Positions 48,526 to 58,564 of a stretch of DNA of 64,000 nucleotides are shown here, one piece after another. The notes below the pieces were generated by a model. The model did no database searches and had not been told where the DNA came from. It worked only from the letters and a program-made list of their open reading frames with translations. A program made the translations under genes and the position numbers. Every line of letters begins with the position of its first letter. Position 1 is the first letter of the stretch. The DNA is from Terriglobia bacterium (lineage in GTDB: Bacteria > Acidobacteriota > Terriglobia > 20CM-2-55-15), in assembly GCA_963664115.2 (NCBI GenBank), contig CAXWPJ010000002.1, forward strand, positions 576,001 through 640,000. The letters are read 5' to 3'.

Positions 48526-49902
48526 ATGATTCGACCCCATCCGGCGTGTGGCATCCGGAAGCTCTTCCGGACCTGTCGAACAGGGCTGATTCTTCGACGC
48601 GCGCTCGTCCTTGCCTCGATCGGGGTTGCCCTGGCGGGCGCCCTTCCTTACTTCATTTCTTCCTCGGCCCAGGGGCCGACTATCATCCAGATCGATCTCG
48701 CCGATATCGTCCACCCTGTCAGCGCAGACTACGTTGCTGCCGGATTGGAAAGAGCGGAGGAAGTCGGTGCGGTGGCGGTGATCATTCGATTGGACACTCC
48801 CGGAGGGCTCGTCGATTCGATGAGGGCCATTGTTGAGGATATTCTGGCTTCAGACGTTCCGGTCATCGTGTGGGTGGGTCCCAGTGGCGTGCGTGCCGCC
48901 TCGGCGGGCTTCTTCATTCTGCTGTCAGGCGATCTCGCATTGATGGCATCGGGCACCAATACCGGTGCGGCACATCCGGTTTCCTCCCTCGGTGGCGAGA
49001 TCGACGAAGTGATGGAGCAGAAAATCGTCAATGACGTTTCCGCCTTTCTCCGGAGCTATGCGGCAAAGCGTGGCAGAAACCCTGAACTCGCAGAACTGGC
49101 CGTTACCGAAAGCCGGGCATTCACCGCGGAAGAGGCCCTCGAGAATGAGTTGATCGATGCCGTCGTCGGTGATGTTGCCGAGTTGATCGAGGTTTTCGAC
49201 GGACAGGAGATCACGCGTTTCGATGATTCGGTCGAGACCCTGGCTCTTGCTGGTGCTACGGTTGAAGTGTTCGCGATGACTTCTAGAGAGAGACTGCTCT
49301 CGATGATCATGAACCCAAACGTTGCCCTTGTCTTGGGCCTCCTGGGCCTTGTCGGACTCTATCTTGAAATAACGAGCCCGGGTATGATCTTCCCCGGAGT
49401 CATCGGTGGTATCAGCCTGATACTCGCGTTGTTTGCCTTCAATCTTCTTCCGATCAACCTTACCGGAGTCCTTTTGCTTTTGCTCGGAATCGCTCTTTTT
49501 GTGGTTGAGGCAACGGTGCCAAGCAGCGGAATTCTTGCGATGGGGGGTGTTGTTGCGATGGTTGCGGGCGGTCTCATACTCGTTGACGGTCCGATTCCCG
49601 AACTCCGCATTCAGTTCCCGACAGTCCTGGCCGTAACCCTGCCTCTTGCGGCGATTACAGTTTTTCTCGTGCGCCTGGTGCTCGTGTCCCATAGCAAGAA
49701 GGCCGTTACAGGTTCGGCTGGAATGGTCGGTCTGATGGGTACGGCATCCACCGGCATTGACAGCCATGGAAAGGTGATGGTTCATGGCGAATACTGGGAA
49801 GCGCACTCCCAGGCTCCTATTCCGTCAGGGGCCCGAATTCGGGTAGTAAAAATGGACGGACTCAATCTTGAGGTCGAAACCGAAGACGAGGAGCAGCAAT
49901 GA
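48526..49902 (+). CDS. nfeD: Long-form NfeD membrane-bound serine protease
   Basis: [30 protein letters not shown] region, C-terminal OB domain [12 protein letters not shown]. Confidence 0.93.
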   Translation: MIRPHPACGIRKLFRTCRTGLILRRALVLASIGVALAGALPYFISSSAQGPTIIQIDLADIVHPVSADYVAAGLERAEEVGAVAVIIRLDTPGGLVDSMRAIVEDILASDVPVIVWVGPSGVRAASAGFFILLSGDLALMASGTNTGAAHPVSSLGGEIDEVMEQKIVNDVSAFLRSYAAKRGRNPELAELAVTESRAFTAEEALENELIDAVVGDVAELIEVFDGQEITRFDDSVETLALAGATVEVFAMTSRERLLSMIMNPNVALVLGLLGLVGLYLEITSPGMIFPGVIGGISLILALFAFNLLPINLTGVLLLLLGIALFVVEATVPSSGILAMGGVVAMVAGGLILVDGPIPELRIQFPTVLAVTLPLAAITVFLVRLVLVSHSKKAVTGSAGMVGLMGTASTGIDSHGKVMVHGEYWEAHSQAPIPSGARIRVVKMDGLNLEVETEDEEQQ

Positions 49903-50681
49903 ATGTTAATTTCGGAATCGTAGCACTGGTAATCATCCTGATCTGGCTTTTCAACTCCCTCAATATCCTGCGCGAATACGAGCGCGGGGTCATATTCCGA
50001 TTGGGCCGTCTCCTGCCGGACCCAAAGGGTCCGGGACTGATCTGGGTCTTCTGGCCGATCGACAAGATCGTACGCGTGAGCTTGAGGACGGTCACGATGG
50101 ACGTTCCCGCGCAGGACGTGATCACAAAGGACAACGTTACGGTGAAGGTCAACGCCGTCGTTTATTTTCGTGTGGTCGAGTCAGACAGGGCGGTTGTCGA
50201 GGTTGAGAACTACCTCTACGCGACATCGCAGTTGGCCCAGACGACGCTGCGTTCCGTTCTTGGAGAGGTCATTCTGGACGAGTTGTTGAGCGAGCGCGAG
50301 AAATTGAACTTGAGGCTGCAGGAAATCCTCGATCAGCATACCGACACCTGGGGTATCAAAGTATCGATCGTCGAGATCAAGGGTGTGGATCTGCCTGAGT
50401 CCATGCAGCGTTCGATGGCGCGTCAGGCCGAGGCCGAGCGTGAGAAGCGCGCCAAGATCATCCACGCTTCGGGTGAATATGAGGCGGCTGCCCGCCTGGC
50501 TGATGCCGCCAAGACTATTGCCACCGAGCCTATGGCCCTCCAGTTGCGTTATCTGCAAACCATGACGGAAATTGGAATAGAAGGGAAGAACACTACGCTT
50601 GTATTCCCACTTCCGATTGATATTCTGAGTTCCCTTCAGAAAGCTTTGATTAAGCCTGACACCGACAGCAGCAGCGGTTAG
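49899..50681 (+). CDS. Stomatin/slipin (SPFH) protein
   Basis: [47 protein letters not shown]. Confidence 0.95.
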   Translation: MNVNFGIVALVIILIWLFNSLNILREYERGVIFRLGRLLPDPKGPGLIWVFWPIDKIVRVSLRTVTMDVPAQDVITKDNVTVKVNAVVYFRVVESDRAVVEVENYLYATSQLAQTTLRSVLGEVILDELLSEREKLNLRLQEILDQHTDTWGIKVSIVEIKGVDLPESMQRSMARQAEAEREKRAKIIHASGEYEAAARLADAAKTIATEPMALQLRYLQTMTEIGIEGKNTTLVFPLPIDILSSLQKALIKPDTDSSSG

Positions 50682-50693
50682 AGAGTCGACTCG

Positions 50694-51257
50694 ATGGACG
50701 AACATTCCTGGAAGGGACACAACTTCACGTTGTTGATTTTCGGCGGAGTTGTTGTCCTGTGCTCGATTTTCTTTATCCTGGGAATGTTGGTCGGCCGGGT
50801 TCAGGTTCCTGCGGTTTCGGAAGTTGCGGCCGTCTCTGGCGAGACGGCCACTGCGGAAGAACCGGGAGATCTCGATCTGCAATTTTATGAGGCTGTGGAA
50901 GGAAGCGAGCCGCCTCCCTTCGAGGTGTCCGGACCCGAAGCCGGTTTCAACCCGGAGACTGTAGACCCGATTCAGCCTTTGCCGACGACGCCAGCCGCTC
51001 CGCTTGCCGCCTCTGTACCTGAGGTCGAAATCGCGAGTACGCTTCAGATTGCGGCTCTCAGCAGCGCAGACCAGGCTGAAACGCTACGTGCGGAAATTGC
51101 CGGGCAAGGATTTCCATCCTTTGTTGTGCGTCCGGCACCGGACGACCAGTCGGGTCTCCATCGCGTTCACGTCGGTCCTTTCAGCGATGAGACTGAAGTT
51201 GCACGTGTCCGCGCGTTGCTGGAGGCCGAAGGATACCAGCCCATCGTCAGGAACTGA
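50694..51257 (+). CDS. SPOR-domain membrane-anchored protein (DedD/FtsN-like)
   Basis: N-terminal TM, Pro/Glu linker, LQIAAL...HRVHVGPF. Confidence 0.85.
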   Translation: MDEHSWKGHNFTLLIFGGVVVLCSIFFILGMLVGRVQVPAVSEVAAVSGETATAEEPGDLDLQFYEAVEGSEPPPFEVSGPEAGFNPETVDPIQPLPTTPAAPLAASVPEVEIASTLQIAALSSADQAETLRAEIAGQGFPSFVVRPAPDDQSGLHRVHVGPFSDETEVARVRALLEAEGYQPIVRN

Positions 51258-51260
51258 TCG

Positions 51261-52808
51261 ATGTACGGGCGGCATTTTCTTGTTGAGGCCTCCACTGCCT
51301 CTAAGGTCGTTGCGGCCGGGCTGACCGGAGCACTGCTTGTCCTGGCTCTTCCGAAGCCCGACCTGTACTACCTGTCCTGGCTTGCGTTTGTTCCTCTACT
51401 GTTGGCCCTCTCACCTGAAGATTCGATACTGAAGACATTTGGTATTGGATACGCTGCGGGTCTGGTTTTCTTCAGCGGAAGTTGCTACTGGATCGTCGAG
51501 ACGATGGCGACGTACGGAGGGCTACCCCTGGGGACGTCTCTGGCCGTTTTTGCACTCTTTGTTTCTGTCTTTGCCCTCCATACGGCCCTGTTCGCAGTGT
51601 TGCTGCAACCCCAACTGGCACGCTTCGGACATTGGGGCCTGCTGTTGGCCGCACCCACGTGGGTAGCGGTTGAACTGATACAGACCTATGCGATATTCGG
51701 CGGCTTCCCCTGGATGCTCGTGGGCTATGCCCTTGCGCCATTCACGGGCCTCCTTCAGGTCGTGACGATTACCGGGGTCTACGGACTGTCGTTTCTGCTG
51801 GTCGCGGTGGGCTCGCTCCTGGCGCTCAGTCTCCGGGCAAACAATACCAAGCTCGTCGGTATCGCCGCCGGTATCATGCTGATCGCCAACTTCGTGCCGG
51901 CCCCTCAAGGCGGCCCGCCCGATGAACCCCTGTCGGTTCGCATCGTGCAGACCAACATCGACATCGAGCAGTCCTGGGAAAGTAGCGCTCGAGAGCAGTT
52001 GATGGACGCACTGCATAGCTTGACGGTGCGGGCGCCGGCGAATCCGGATCTGGTGATCTGGCCTGAGACACCGTCGCCGTTTTATCTGGGGCACGATGCA
52101 GAGTTTCGTTACCGGATGGGAGCGATCGCAAGGGCACTCGACGCGCATTTCCTCTTGGGATATATCGATTTCGACGACGAAAAGCCGTCCAACAGTGTGG
52201 GTGTCATTTCGCCAGCCGGAGAACAGATGTCCCGTTATAACAAGATCCATCTGGTGCCGTTTGGCGAGTACGTTCCGCTCGGGAGTATTCTTTTTTTCGC
52301 ACAGTCCCTCACCCGCAACGTGGGTGATTTTGTGCCCGGATCGGACTTCACACTCACCTCAGTGGGCGATCACCGGATCGCATCAACGATATGTTATGAA
52401 GACGTGTTTCCCGGACTGATGCGGCAGTTCACCCGGCGCGGCGCCGAGGCCATCGTCAACGTTACCAACGACGGCTGGTTCGGCGCGACCTCAGCGCCAT
52501 ACCAGCATCTTCGAATGTCGATTGTTCGAGCGGTCGAGAATCGGCGCTATATTATCCGCGGTGCCAATACGGGTATCAGTGCGATCATAGATCCTTATGG
52601 GAGCGTTGTTTCCCGGACTGAGTTGGGAGAAAGGACCGTTCTTGACGGCGTGGCCGGTTATCGTTCCGATCTGACGTTCTATGTGCGTTTCGGTGATGTG
52701 TTTGCATATTTGGCAGCGACAATGGCTGGAGTGGCGCTGCTGATGGCGAGGGGAACGAGACCGGCCGGGAAGCGACCTGGCGCTAAGCTAAAGGAAGAAT
52801 CGATATGA
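51261..52808 (+). CDS. lnt: Apolipoprotein N-acyltransferase
   Basis: GFPW, VQTNI, IWPE, YNKIHLVPFGEYVP, ICYED, NDGWFG, RAVEN, NTGIS. Confidence 0.96.
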   Translation: MYGRHFLVEASTASKVVAAGLTGALLVLALPKPDLYYLSWLAFVPLLLALSPEDSILKTFGIGYAAGLVFFSGSCYWIVETMATYGGLPLGTSLAVFALFVSVFALHTALFAVLLQPQLARFGHWGLLLAAPTWVAVELIQTYAIFGGFPWMLVGYALAPFTGLLQVVTITGVYGLSFLLVAVGSLLALSLRANNTKLVGIAAGIMLIANFVPAPQGGPPDEPLSVRIVQTNIDIEQSWESSAREQLMDALHSLTVRAPANPDLVIWPETPSPFYLGHDAEFRYRMGAIARALDAHFLLGYIDFDDEKPSNSVGVISPAGEQMSRYNKIHLVPFGEYVPLGSILFFAQSLTRNVGDFVPGSDFTLTSVGDHRIASTICYEDVFPGLMRQFTRRGAEAIVNVTNDGWFGATSAPYQHLRMSIVRAVENRRYIIRGANTGISAIIDPYGSVVSRTELGERTVLDGVAGYRSDLTFYVRFGDVFAYLAATMAGVALLMARGTRPAGKRPGAKLKEESI

Positions 52809-53915
52809 ATGATGAACTCCTGGAACGATTTTCCCACCTCAAGGACAGAAGTCAGGAAATACGGAGGTTCCTTTGACTCGCCTGCCAAGCAGAAACGTAT
52901 CGACGAGTTCGAAAAGACCATAGCCGCGCCCGATTTCTGGTCCGACCAGGAGCGATCCACCGACCTACTCCGTCAGAAAGCCCGCCTGGACGAAAGCATC
53001 GAATTAGACAGCAAGATCAGAGCTTATGTCGAAGATGGGGAAGCGCTGGCCGAGTTGGCGCGTGAGGGTGAGGACGTTGGCGAAGAACTTCCCGAGTTCA
53101 TGGAACAACTTACCGAACTCGTGGAACGTGTTGAATTCCAGATGCTGCTCGGCAGGGAAAACGATCGGTTAAATGGGATTGTCTCGATCCACCCGGGCGC
53201 TGGCGGAACCGAAGCGCAGGACTGGGCGGCTATGCTGATGCGAATGTACCTGCGGTGGGCGGAAAAAGGGGGCTATAAGACCGAGATTCTGGACTATCAG
53301 GATGGAGAGGAAGCCGGGTTGAAATCGGTGACGTTCACTGTTTCGGGCGACTACGCGTACGGATATCTGTCCAACGAAACAGGGGTTCACCGTCTTGTTC
53401 GTATTTCGCCGTTCGATGCGACCAAACGGCGGCATACCTCTTTTGCCTCGGTTTCCGTCTATCCGGAGATCGACGATCAGGTGGAAGTGGACATTGACGA
53501 CAAAGACCTGCGGATCGATACCTACCGTTCCAGCGGTGCCGGTGGTCAGCACGTCAACGTCACGGATTCCGCTGTACGTATCACGCACATCCCAACCGGC
53601 ATCGTCGTGCAATGCCAGAACCAGCGGTCCCAACATAAGAATCGTTCTGTGGCATTGAAGCTTCTTCGGGCGCGAATTTACGAGAAGGAACTGGAACGCA
53701 AACGGGCTGAGGCTCAGGCTGTTGAGGACAGCAAGCTCGACAATGCCTGGGGCAGCCAAATCCGTTCCTACGTCCTCGCTCCCTACCGTATGGTCAAGGA
53801 CCATCGGACCAAGAAGGAAATGGGTGACGTCGATCGGGTCCTCGACGGCGATCTGGAAGGATTCATCAATGCTGCCCTCCAATGGAGAGTGAACCCGAAA
53901 AGAAGTGATAGGTGA
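52805..53915 (+). CDS. prfB: Peptide chain release factor 2, programmed +1 frameshift (join 52805-52873, 52875-53915)
   Basis: ORF1 MNDELLERFSHLKDRSQEIRRFL ending CTT-TGA-C at 52871-52877 with internal SD GGAGG at 52863; SPF and GGQ motifs downstream. Confidence 0.96.
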
Positions 53916-53919
53916 GCAA

Positions 53920-53990
53920 GAAGGTGACGCACACTTCATGCGACATTGTGGCCTGGCGAGTGTATATCGGCTGAAGTGTCCGTCCCCTTC
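53920..53990. repeat. 71-bp palindromic dispersed element, copy 2, fused to the end motif of the 118-bp repeat
   Basis: 64/71 identical to 48426-48496; followed directly by GTGGGCCCGACGCTAATGAAT (53991-54011), identical to 33505-33525 and 33623-33643. Confidence 0.9.
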
Positions 53991-54005
53991 GTGGGCCCGA
54001 CGCTA

Positions 54006-56096
54006 ATGAATACCCTTCATCTTGATTCCGAAATCCAGTACGTCAAAGGCGTCGGTCCGAAAAGGGGGGCGTTGTTGAGAGCCCGGGGTATTCACACGGT
54101 TCAGGATCTGCTGCTGCGATTTCCCCGCCGTTACGAAGACCGCAGCCGTCTGGCCTCTCTCGATACCCTAGTCACCGGTCAAACCGCCACGTTATTGGCC
54201 AAAGTCTACAGCGTCCGCTTGATTTCCACCCGGTCGAGGGGCGGTATTCTTGATGTCGTCCTGACCGATGGTGTGACCTATGGTCATGCAAAATGGTTCA
54301 ATGGCGGCTCACTCTACCGACAAAAGAAGTTCGTCCCCGGTATGGCCCTCGTCCTGACGGGTAAGGGTGAGGTGGACAAGTACGATCAGGGGATCGTTCT
54401 GTTTAATCCTGAATTCGAGGTCCTCCCCGAAGGAGAGCCCACCGCCCCGGACGGGTTGGGCCGCTATGTTCCGATCTATGAGGAGGTGTCCGGCATTTCG
54501 AGTCGTCAGCTGCGCAGCATCGTGTTGGCTGCATTCGGAAGCCTGTCGGACACGCTCGAGGACCCGCTGCCCGTAGAGATGCGTTCGCGTTACAGCCTGC
54601 CGGGTCTTAGAACCTCACTGGAAGCGTTACACCAACCGACCCTCGACGATGACATCGACTTGCTCAACCGGCGGCGTTCCCCCTATCACCGCCGATTTAT
54701 TTTCGAGGAATTCCTGCTCCTCGAATTGACGCTGGCGCTTCGCAGACATCACTTGCGTTCGACTGTCGGTGTTCGGTTTCGAACGAACCCACACATTCGG
54801 GAGCGGATCAAGGAGATCCTCCCCTTCCATCCCACTGCGGCTCAGAAGCGCGTTTTCGCCGAGATCGTTGACGACTTGAGAGCCTCTCATCCGATGAACC
54901 GTCTGCTGCAAGGGGATGTGGGTTCGGGAAAGACGCTGGTAGCGTTCGAAACCATCGTCGTGGCCGTCGAAAACGGTTATCAGGCAGCCATGATGGCGCC
55001 GACAGAAATCCTGGCCGAGCAACACTACATCAGCGCCCGACGCATTCTGGAGCCCCTCGGATACAAGGTGGCCCTTCTCAGGAAGGGTGTGGGAAAAGAC
55101 CAGCCGGATTTACTCGCCGAGCTCAGAGGCGGCAGGATTCATCTGGCGATCGGGACACACGCGCTTCTTGAGGATGCCGCCGCGTTTTCGCGTCTGGGAC
55201 TGGTCGTCATTGATGAACAGCACCGCTTTGGTGTGATGCAGCGTCTTCGCCTGATGGAGAAGGGACAGAGCCCGAACACTCTCGTCATGACGGCGACTCC
55301 GATACCGCGCACTCTTGCGATGACGTTTTATGGGGATCTAGATGTTTCCGTGATCGATGAGATGCCCCCGGGGCGAACACCCATTCGAACCGTTCACATC
55401 GGGGAGGGTCGACGGGGGTATGCCGAGAAATTACTGAAACAGGAGTTGGAGAAGGGCAGGCAATGCTACGTCGTATATCCGCTGATCGAGGAGTCGGAGA
55501 AAATAGACCTCCGCTCAGCCACCGAGGGCTACGGTCAACTCGCGGATATATTCGGAAGTGAGCGTGTGGGTCTCCTGCATGGACGCTTGAAGGGAGAGGA
55601 AAAAGAGGCGATCATGCGCGCTTTCAATGCAGGAGATATTGGAATCCTCGTATCGACCACCGTCGTGGAGGTGGGTGTCGACGTTCCCAACGCGACACTG
55701 ATGTTAATCGAGCATGCCGAACGGTTCGGGATGGCACAGCTACATCAACTGAGGGGACGGGTCGGGCGCGGAACGGAGGCGTCTCATTGTGTCCTGATGA
55801 CACCGGACCGTATTGGCGGCGTCGCCCGTGAACGTGTGCGTGCGGTTGCTGCCACTACCGATGGTTTTCGGCTTGCCGAAACAGACTTGCGTTTGAGGGG
55901 GCCGGGAGAACTCGCCGGGACGCGGCAGTCGGGTCTCCCTGAGTTTCTTCTGGCCGATCTTGTAGAGGACGTGGATATCCTGGTTGAGGCGCGGGGAGAG
56001 GCCGAGCGATGGGTCCGGGATGCCCCCCGGAGGGACAAACTGATTGCCGACCTGGGCCGGCGGGCGGGCGCCTCGAGTCTGGCTACAGTGGGTTGA
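54006..56096 (+). CDS. recG: ATP-dependent DNA helicase RecG
   Basis: YVKGVGP, RLLQGDVGSGKT, APTEILAEQH, IDEQHRFG, MTATPIPRTL, QLRGRVGRG. Confidence 0.97.
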   Translation: MNTLHLDSEIQYVKGVGPKRGALLRARGIHTVQDLLLRFPRRYEDRSRLASLDTLVTGQTATLLAKVYSVRLISTRSRGGILDVVLTDGVTYGHAKWFNGGSLYRQKKFVPGMALVLTGKGEVDKYDQGIVLFNPEFEVLPEGEPTAPDGLGRYVPIYEEVSGISSRQLRSIVLAAFGSLSDTLEDPLPVEMRSRYSLPGLRTSLEALHQPTLDDDIDLLNRRRSPYHRRFIFEEFLLLELTLALRRHHLRSTVGVRFRTNPHIRERIKEILPFHPTAAQKRVFAEIVDDLRASHPMNRLLQGDVGSGKTLVAFETIVVAVENGYQAAMMAPTEILAEQHYISARRILEPLGYKVALLRKGVGKDQPDLLAELRGGRIHLAIGTHALLEDAAAFSRLGLVVIDEQHRFGVMQRLRLMEKGQSPNTLVMTATPIPRTLAMTFYGDLDVSVIDEMPPGRTPIRTVHIGEGRRGYAEKLLKQELEKGRQCYVVYPLIEESEKIDLRSATEGYGQLADIFGSERVGLLHGRLKGEEKEAIMRAFNAGDIGILVSTTVVEVGVDVPNATLMLIEHAERFGMAQLHQLRGRVGRGTEASHCVLMTPDRIGGVARERVRAVAATTDGFRLAETDLRLRGPGELAGTRQSGLPEFLLADLVEDVDILVEARGEAERWVRDAPRRDKLIADLGRRAGASSLATVG

Positions 56097-56167
56097 GAGC
56101 CAGTTAAAGGTTTGATGTTCAGAGTTCACCACTCTTTACTTCTGACTCTCGACTTTCGGCTTCTACT
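56092..56167. repeat. Degenerate heptamer repeats with inverted arrangement
   Basis: ACTCTTT-ACTTCTG-ACTCTCG-ACTTTCG-GCTTCTA 7-bp periodicity preceded by complementary-type 7-mers. Confidence 0.5.
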
Positions 56168-56205
56168 GTTTCCTGAAGAGTGGTTCCTGAAGAAATGACC
56201 AGCCG

Positions 56206-56766
56206 ATGAGAATTATCGCCGGCCAATACAAGAGTCGCCGCCTGAAGGCGGGCCCTTCAGAGGGAACCCGGCCTACGAACGACAAGCTTCGGGAAACCGT
56301 GTTTAACATTCTGGGGGATCGCGTAATAGAATCAGTATTTCTGGATGCTTACGCAGGAGTGGGTGCGATAGGGATCGAGGCGATCAGCCGGGGTGCCCGG
56401 TCGGTGTACTTCGTCGATCACCGAACGCATGCGTGTGCGGCGATTCGCACCAACCTTGAGTCCCTGAACGTCGAAGCGGAGTGCCGTGTCCTGCGGATGG
56501 AGTTCGGCGAAGCATTTAGCCTTTGTCTTCGTGAAGGGGCCGGTTTCGATATCGTGTTTCTCGATCCGCCCTACGAGAGGGAGGACCTCTATCGACGCGA
56601 CCTGGAACGCCTGGGTGCGGATTCCTTGTTGAGAAAAGGGGCGATCGTTGTCACTGAACATTTGCGCTCGGTTGAAATGCCCGCTAACATTCCCGGGCTT
56701 GTCCACTTACGGACGCACCCTCAGGGGGACAGCACCTTGACTTTCTACGAACCGGAGAGCGCGTGA
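56206..56766 (+). CDS. rsmD: 16S rRNA m2G966 methyltransferase
   Basis: MRIIAG, TRPT.DKLRE, LDAYAG.GAIGIEA.SRGA, FLDPPY. Confidence 0.95.
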   Translation: MRIIAGQYKSRRLKAGPSEGTRPTNDKLRETVFNILGDRVIESVFLDAYAGVGAIGIEAISRGARSVYFVDHRTHACAAIRTNLESLNVEAECRVLRMEFGEAFSLCLREGAGFDIVFLDPPYEREDLYRRDLERLGADSLLRKGAIVVTEHLRSVEMPANIPGLVHLRTHPQGDSTLTFYEPESA

Positions 56767-57251
56767 AGCGAACGAGTGCGATGTATCCGGGGACTTTCGA
56801 CCCGGTGACCAACGGGCACCTGGATATCATCGAGAGAAGCAGTAAGCTGTTCGGCCAGGTGATCGTGGCTATTCTTGTGAACCCCCAGAAGGAACCCCTG
56901 TTTTCCTCAGAGGAAAGAGCCGAACTCATTCGGAAGTCGATCCCGGACGGGATTTCCAATGTGGAGGTGGCCGGCTTTCAGGGATTGCTGGTCGATTACG
57001 CGAAAGAAAGACAGGCGGACGTAATCATTCGTGGCATCCGCGCGGTTTCCGACTACGAATACGAACTTCAAATGGCACTGATGAACCGGCGCCTCCGGCC
57101 TGAGATCGAAACGTTTTTCATGCTACCGGCAGAAAATTATTCCTATCTGAGCTCGCGTTTGGTTTGCGAGATCGCCGAGCACTCCGGATCCATCGAAGGC
57201 TTGGTTCCCGCCGCTGTTGAGAAAGCTTTAAAGGACATTTTCGCGAAGTAG
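56763..57251 (+). CDS. coaD: Phosphopantetheine adenylyltransferase
   Basis: YPGTFDPVTNGHLDII, RGIR..SDYEYE..MA.MN, LSSR. Confidence 0.97.
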   Translation: MKRTSAMYPGTFDPVTNGHLDIIERSSKLFGQVIVAILVNPQKEPLFSSEERAELIRKSIPDGISNVEVAGFQGLLVDYAKERQADVIIRGIRAVSDYEYELQMALMNRRLRPEIETFFMLPAENYSYLSSRLVCEIAEHSGSIEGLVPAAVEKALKDIFAK

Positions 57252-57285
57252 TGCAGGGACAGATCACTCGAGGACAGTAGAGAAC

Positions 57286-58467
57286 ATGGGGCTGAAATTA
57301 ACGCAGAGAATATCCCGCATATCGGCGTCGCAAACCATGGCGGTCGCAGAAACTGCAACCCGGCTGCGCGAACAGGGTCTGGATGTCGTGGATCTCAGCG
57401 CGGGTGAGCCTGATTTCCCAACACCGGAAAATATCAAGCAAGCGGGGATTCGCGCGATCGAGGCAAACTTCAGCAAGTACACGGCCGCGAGTGGAATAGC
57501 CGAGCTGAAGCAAGCGGTCATCGACCGTCATAGTCAGGATTTCGGTTCCTCTTACAGCACCTCGGAAGTCATGCTCAACGTTGGAGCGAAACACTCCATA
57601 TTCAACGTGTTCTCGGCCCTGGTCGAACACGGCGACGAGATCGTGATTCCCACGCCCTACTGGGTGACTTTCGCCGACGTGGCCCGCTACGTGGGGGGGC
57701 AGCCCGTTTTTGTCGAAACACTCGAAGATCACGGGTTTCGCCTGACCTTCGACATGGTAGAGGCTGCGATTACCCCGAAGACCCGACTGCTGGTGGTAAA
57801 CTCGCCCAGCAATCCCAGCGGTGCTGTTCTAGACGACGACGAGTTCGTTCGTATTGCCGGCCTGTGTCAGGACAGAGGTGTCGTTCTCCTCTCGGACGAG
57901 TGCTACGCCTACTTCCTGTACGAAGGCCGGCAGCCGTTTTCGATCGCTTCCCATTCGGAATTCAAGGACACTGTCGTCATCGTTGGGTCGGTCTCTAAGA
58001 CTTATGCGATGACGGGATGGAGGGTTGGTTTCGTCCTGGGGGACGTCGCGCTGATCAAGGGAATCAGCAAGCTTCAGAGTCATTCCACGTCGAATCCGAC
58101 TTCGATTGCCCAGAAAGCTGCTGTAGAAGCATTCCGGGGATCCCAGGAATCGGTCGGTGGGATGCTGGCCGAGTACAGCCGGCGCCGCCGATACGTCGTG
58201 GACCGGCTCCGGGCCATTCCTGGATTTCGATGTCAGGAACCGGGTGGTGCGTTTTACGCGTATCCGAACGTTTCAGCGGCGTTTCAGCGAGGCGTCAAGA
58301 ACATCGTTGATTTCTCCGTCCAGCTGCTTGAGAATAAGCAAGTGGCGGTCGTTCCCGGCGTTGCATTTGGCACAACAGAACACGTTCGCATATCCTACGC
58401 CGCCTCAATGGAAAACCTAGAAAAGGCGCTCGACCGGATTGAAGAGTTCATGATGGAACTCGGCTGA
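57286..58467 (+). CDS. PLP-dependent aminotransferase class I/II (aspartate aminotransferase-like)
   Basis: AGEPDFPTP, NSPSNPSG, SDECY, SKTYAMTGWRVG, VVPG.AFG, RISYA. Confidence 0.95.
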   Translation: MGLKLTQRISRISASQTMAVAETATRLREQGLDVVDLSAGEPDFPTPENIKQAGIRAIEANFSKYTAASGIAELKQAVIDRHSQDFGSSYSTSEVMLNVGAKHSIFNVFSALVEHGDEIVIPTPYWVTFADVARYVGGQPVFVETLEDHGFRLTFDMVEAAITPKTRLLVVNSPSNPSGAVLDDDEFVRIAGLCQDRGVVLLSDECYAYFLYEGRQPFSIASHSEFKDTVVIVGSVSKTYAMTGWRVGFVLGDVALIKGISKLQSHSTSNPTSIAQKAAVEAFRGSQESVGGMLAEYSRRRRYVVDRLRAIPGFRCQEPGGAFYAYPNVSAAFQRGVKNIVDFSVQLLENKQVAVVPGVAFGTTEHVRISYAASMENLEKALDRIEEFMMELG

Positions 58468-58564
58468 AGAAAATCAGACAATCGTGGCAGAGGGTGTAGT
58501 CTTTATATTATCGTTAGCTTGGAAATTTCAAATCACCAGTGTTTCCAGGAAGGGGAGAATCAAC

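Noticed and set aside
48526-50681. nfeD-stomatin pair as a novel system
   Set aside because: Well-known conserved operon
52809-53915. ORF-track prfB start as the primary annotation
   Set aside because: The canonical frameshift cassette and SD spacing favour ATG 52805; kept only as a possible bypass
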